Under the pieces are notes generated by a model. It did not search any database and was not told the origin of the DNA. It saw only the letters and a list, made by a program, of their open reading frames with translations. A stretch of DNA of 64,000 bases from Isurus oxyrinchus (taxonomy: Eukaryota): positions 248,001 to 312,000 of the forward strand of contig JANJGN010000242.1 in NCBI GenBank assembly GCA_026770705.1, written 5' to 3'. The translations under genes and the position numbers were made by a program. This document shows positions 63,351-64,000 of the stretch, piece by piece (positions within the stretch are counted from its first letter, which is position 1; each line of letters starts with the position of its first letter).

Positions 63351-64000
63351 TTATTCAATGTGTTAAGTAATTGCTCTCGTATCCGTGCTCTGCAAATGTT
63401 GTTGATTAGTGGGAAAAATTATTCAAAGCCAAAATTAATTATGTCAATTCATAGCAAATATAAATGATAGTGATGGTACTGTATTACATAAGCTAACGTA
63501 TGCCTCTGATGTTCGGTGAGAGAGGACAACTGGAACGAAGTCGAAAGCGAGTTCAGGTCTATAAACCCAGCCTGTGGTTTCCAATCCTAATAACATACTG
63601 GGAGTGTATCATCCTAAACAAAACATCAAACAGGGTTTGTAAGTCTTTCTCGATGGGATTTCGGTAGTGTGGGACACGAATAGCCATTAAGCGCCTGATG
63701 CAAGCAATATCATTTTTAATTTGTCCTCTTACAAATTCAGGTCGGCTGGAATTTCACACAGTGAGCCAATTTTAGTCCCCTGGTAGAACCGGACTGTCGG
63801 GCCAGGGGAGAAATGTACCAGGAACATGTAAAATAATACAGTCCCCACTTTAAAGTTATTCACTCGGCTCTCGTTTCACACTGTTTTCTCATCTTATTAT
63901 TAATAGGTAATTAGCAGTGTTTATTTGGGGGCTCTGTCCATGGCTTGTGGACATCAGCTCCTGGCTATCTTGTCATTTCCGTGAAGCAAAGGTTTCAGTT

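Overview
Vertebrate genomic DNA, almost certainly a shark or other cartilaginous fish: the repeats are elasmobranch-type CR1 LINEs, Deu-domain SINEs and Penelope hairpins. The left 29 kb is an array of about 13 T-cell receptor alpha/delta-type V segments, most with recognisable 23-spacer RSSs. Two look intact (1553-2017 and 28244-28576); the rest are pseudogenes or relics. They fall into at least four families. Most lie on the minus strand, so D-J-C is probably off-window to the left; three are inverted. One family encodes leader and V in a single exon and carries a 59-bp upstream repeat. CTCF-like motifs, mostly pointing left, are interspersed. The V array ends near 28.6 kb. It is followed by repeat-rich DNA holding an intact, atypical class A GPCR (FFAR/P2Y-like, 50080-51072) and its pseudogenised paralogue (about 41790-42771). 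The rest is CR1, L2, RTE and Penelope fragments, SINEs, a solo LTR and satellites. No D, J or C segments were found. All calls are by eye; no database search was run.
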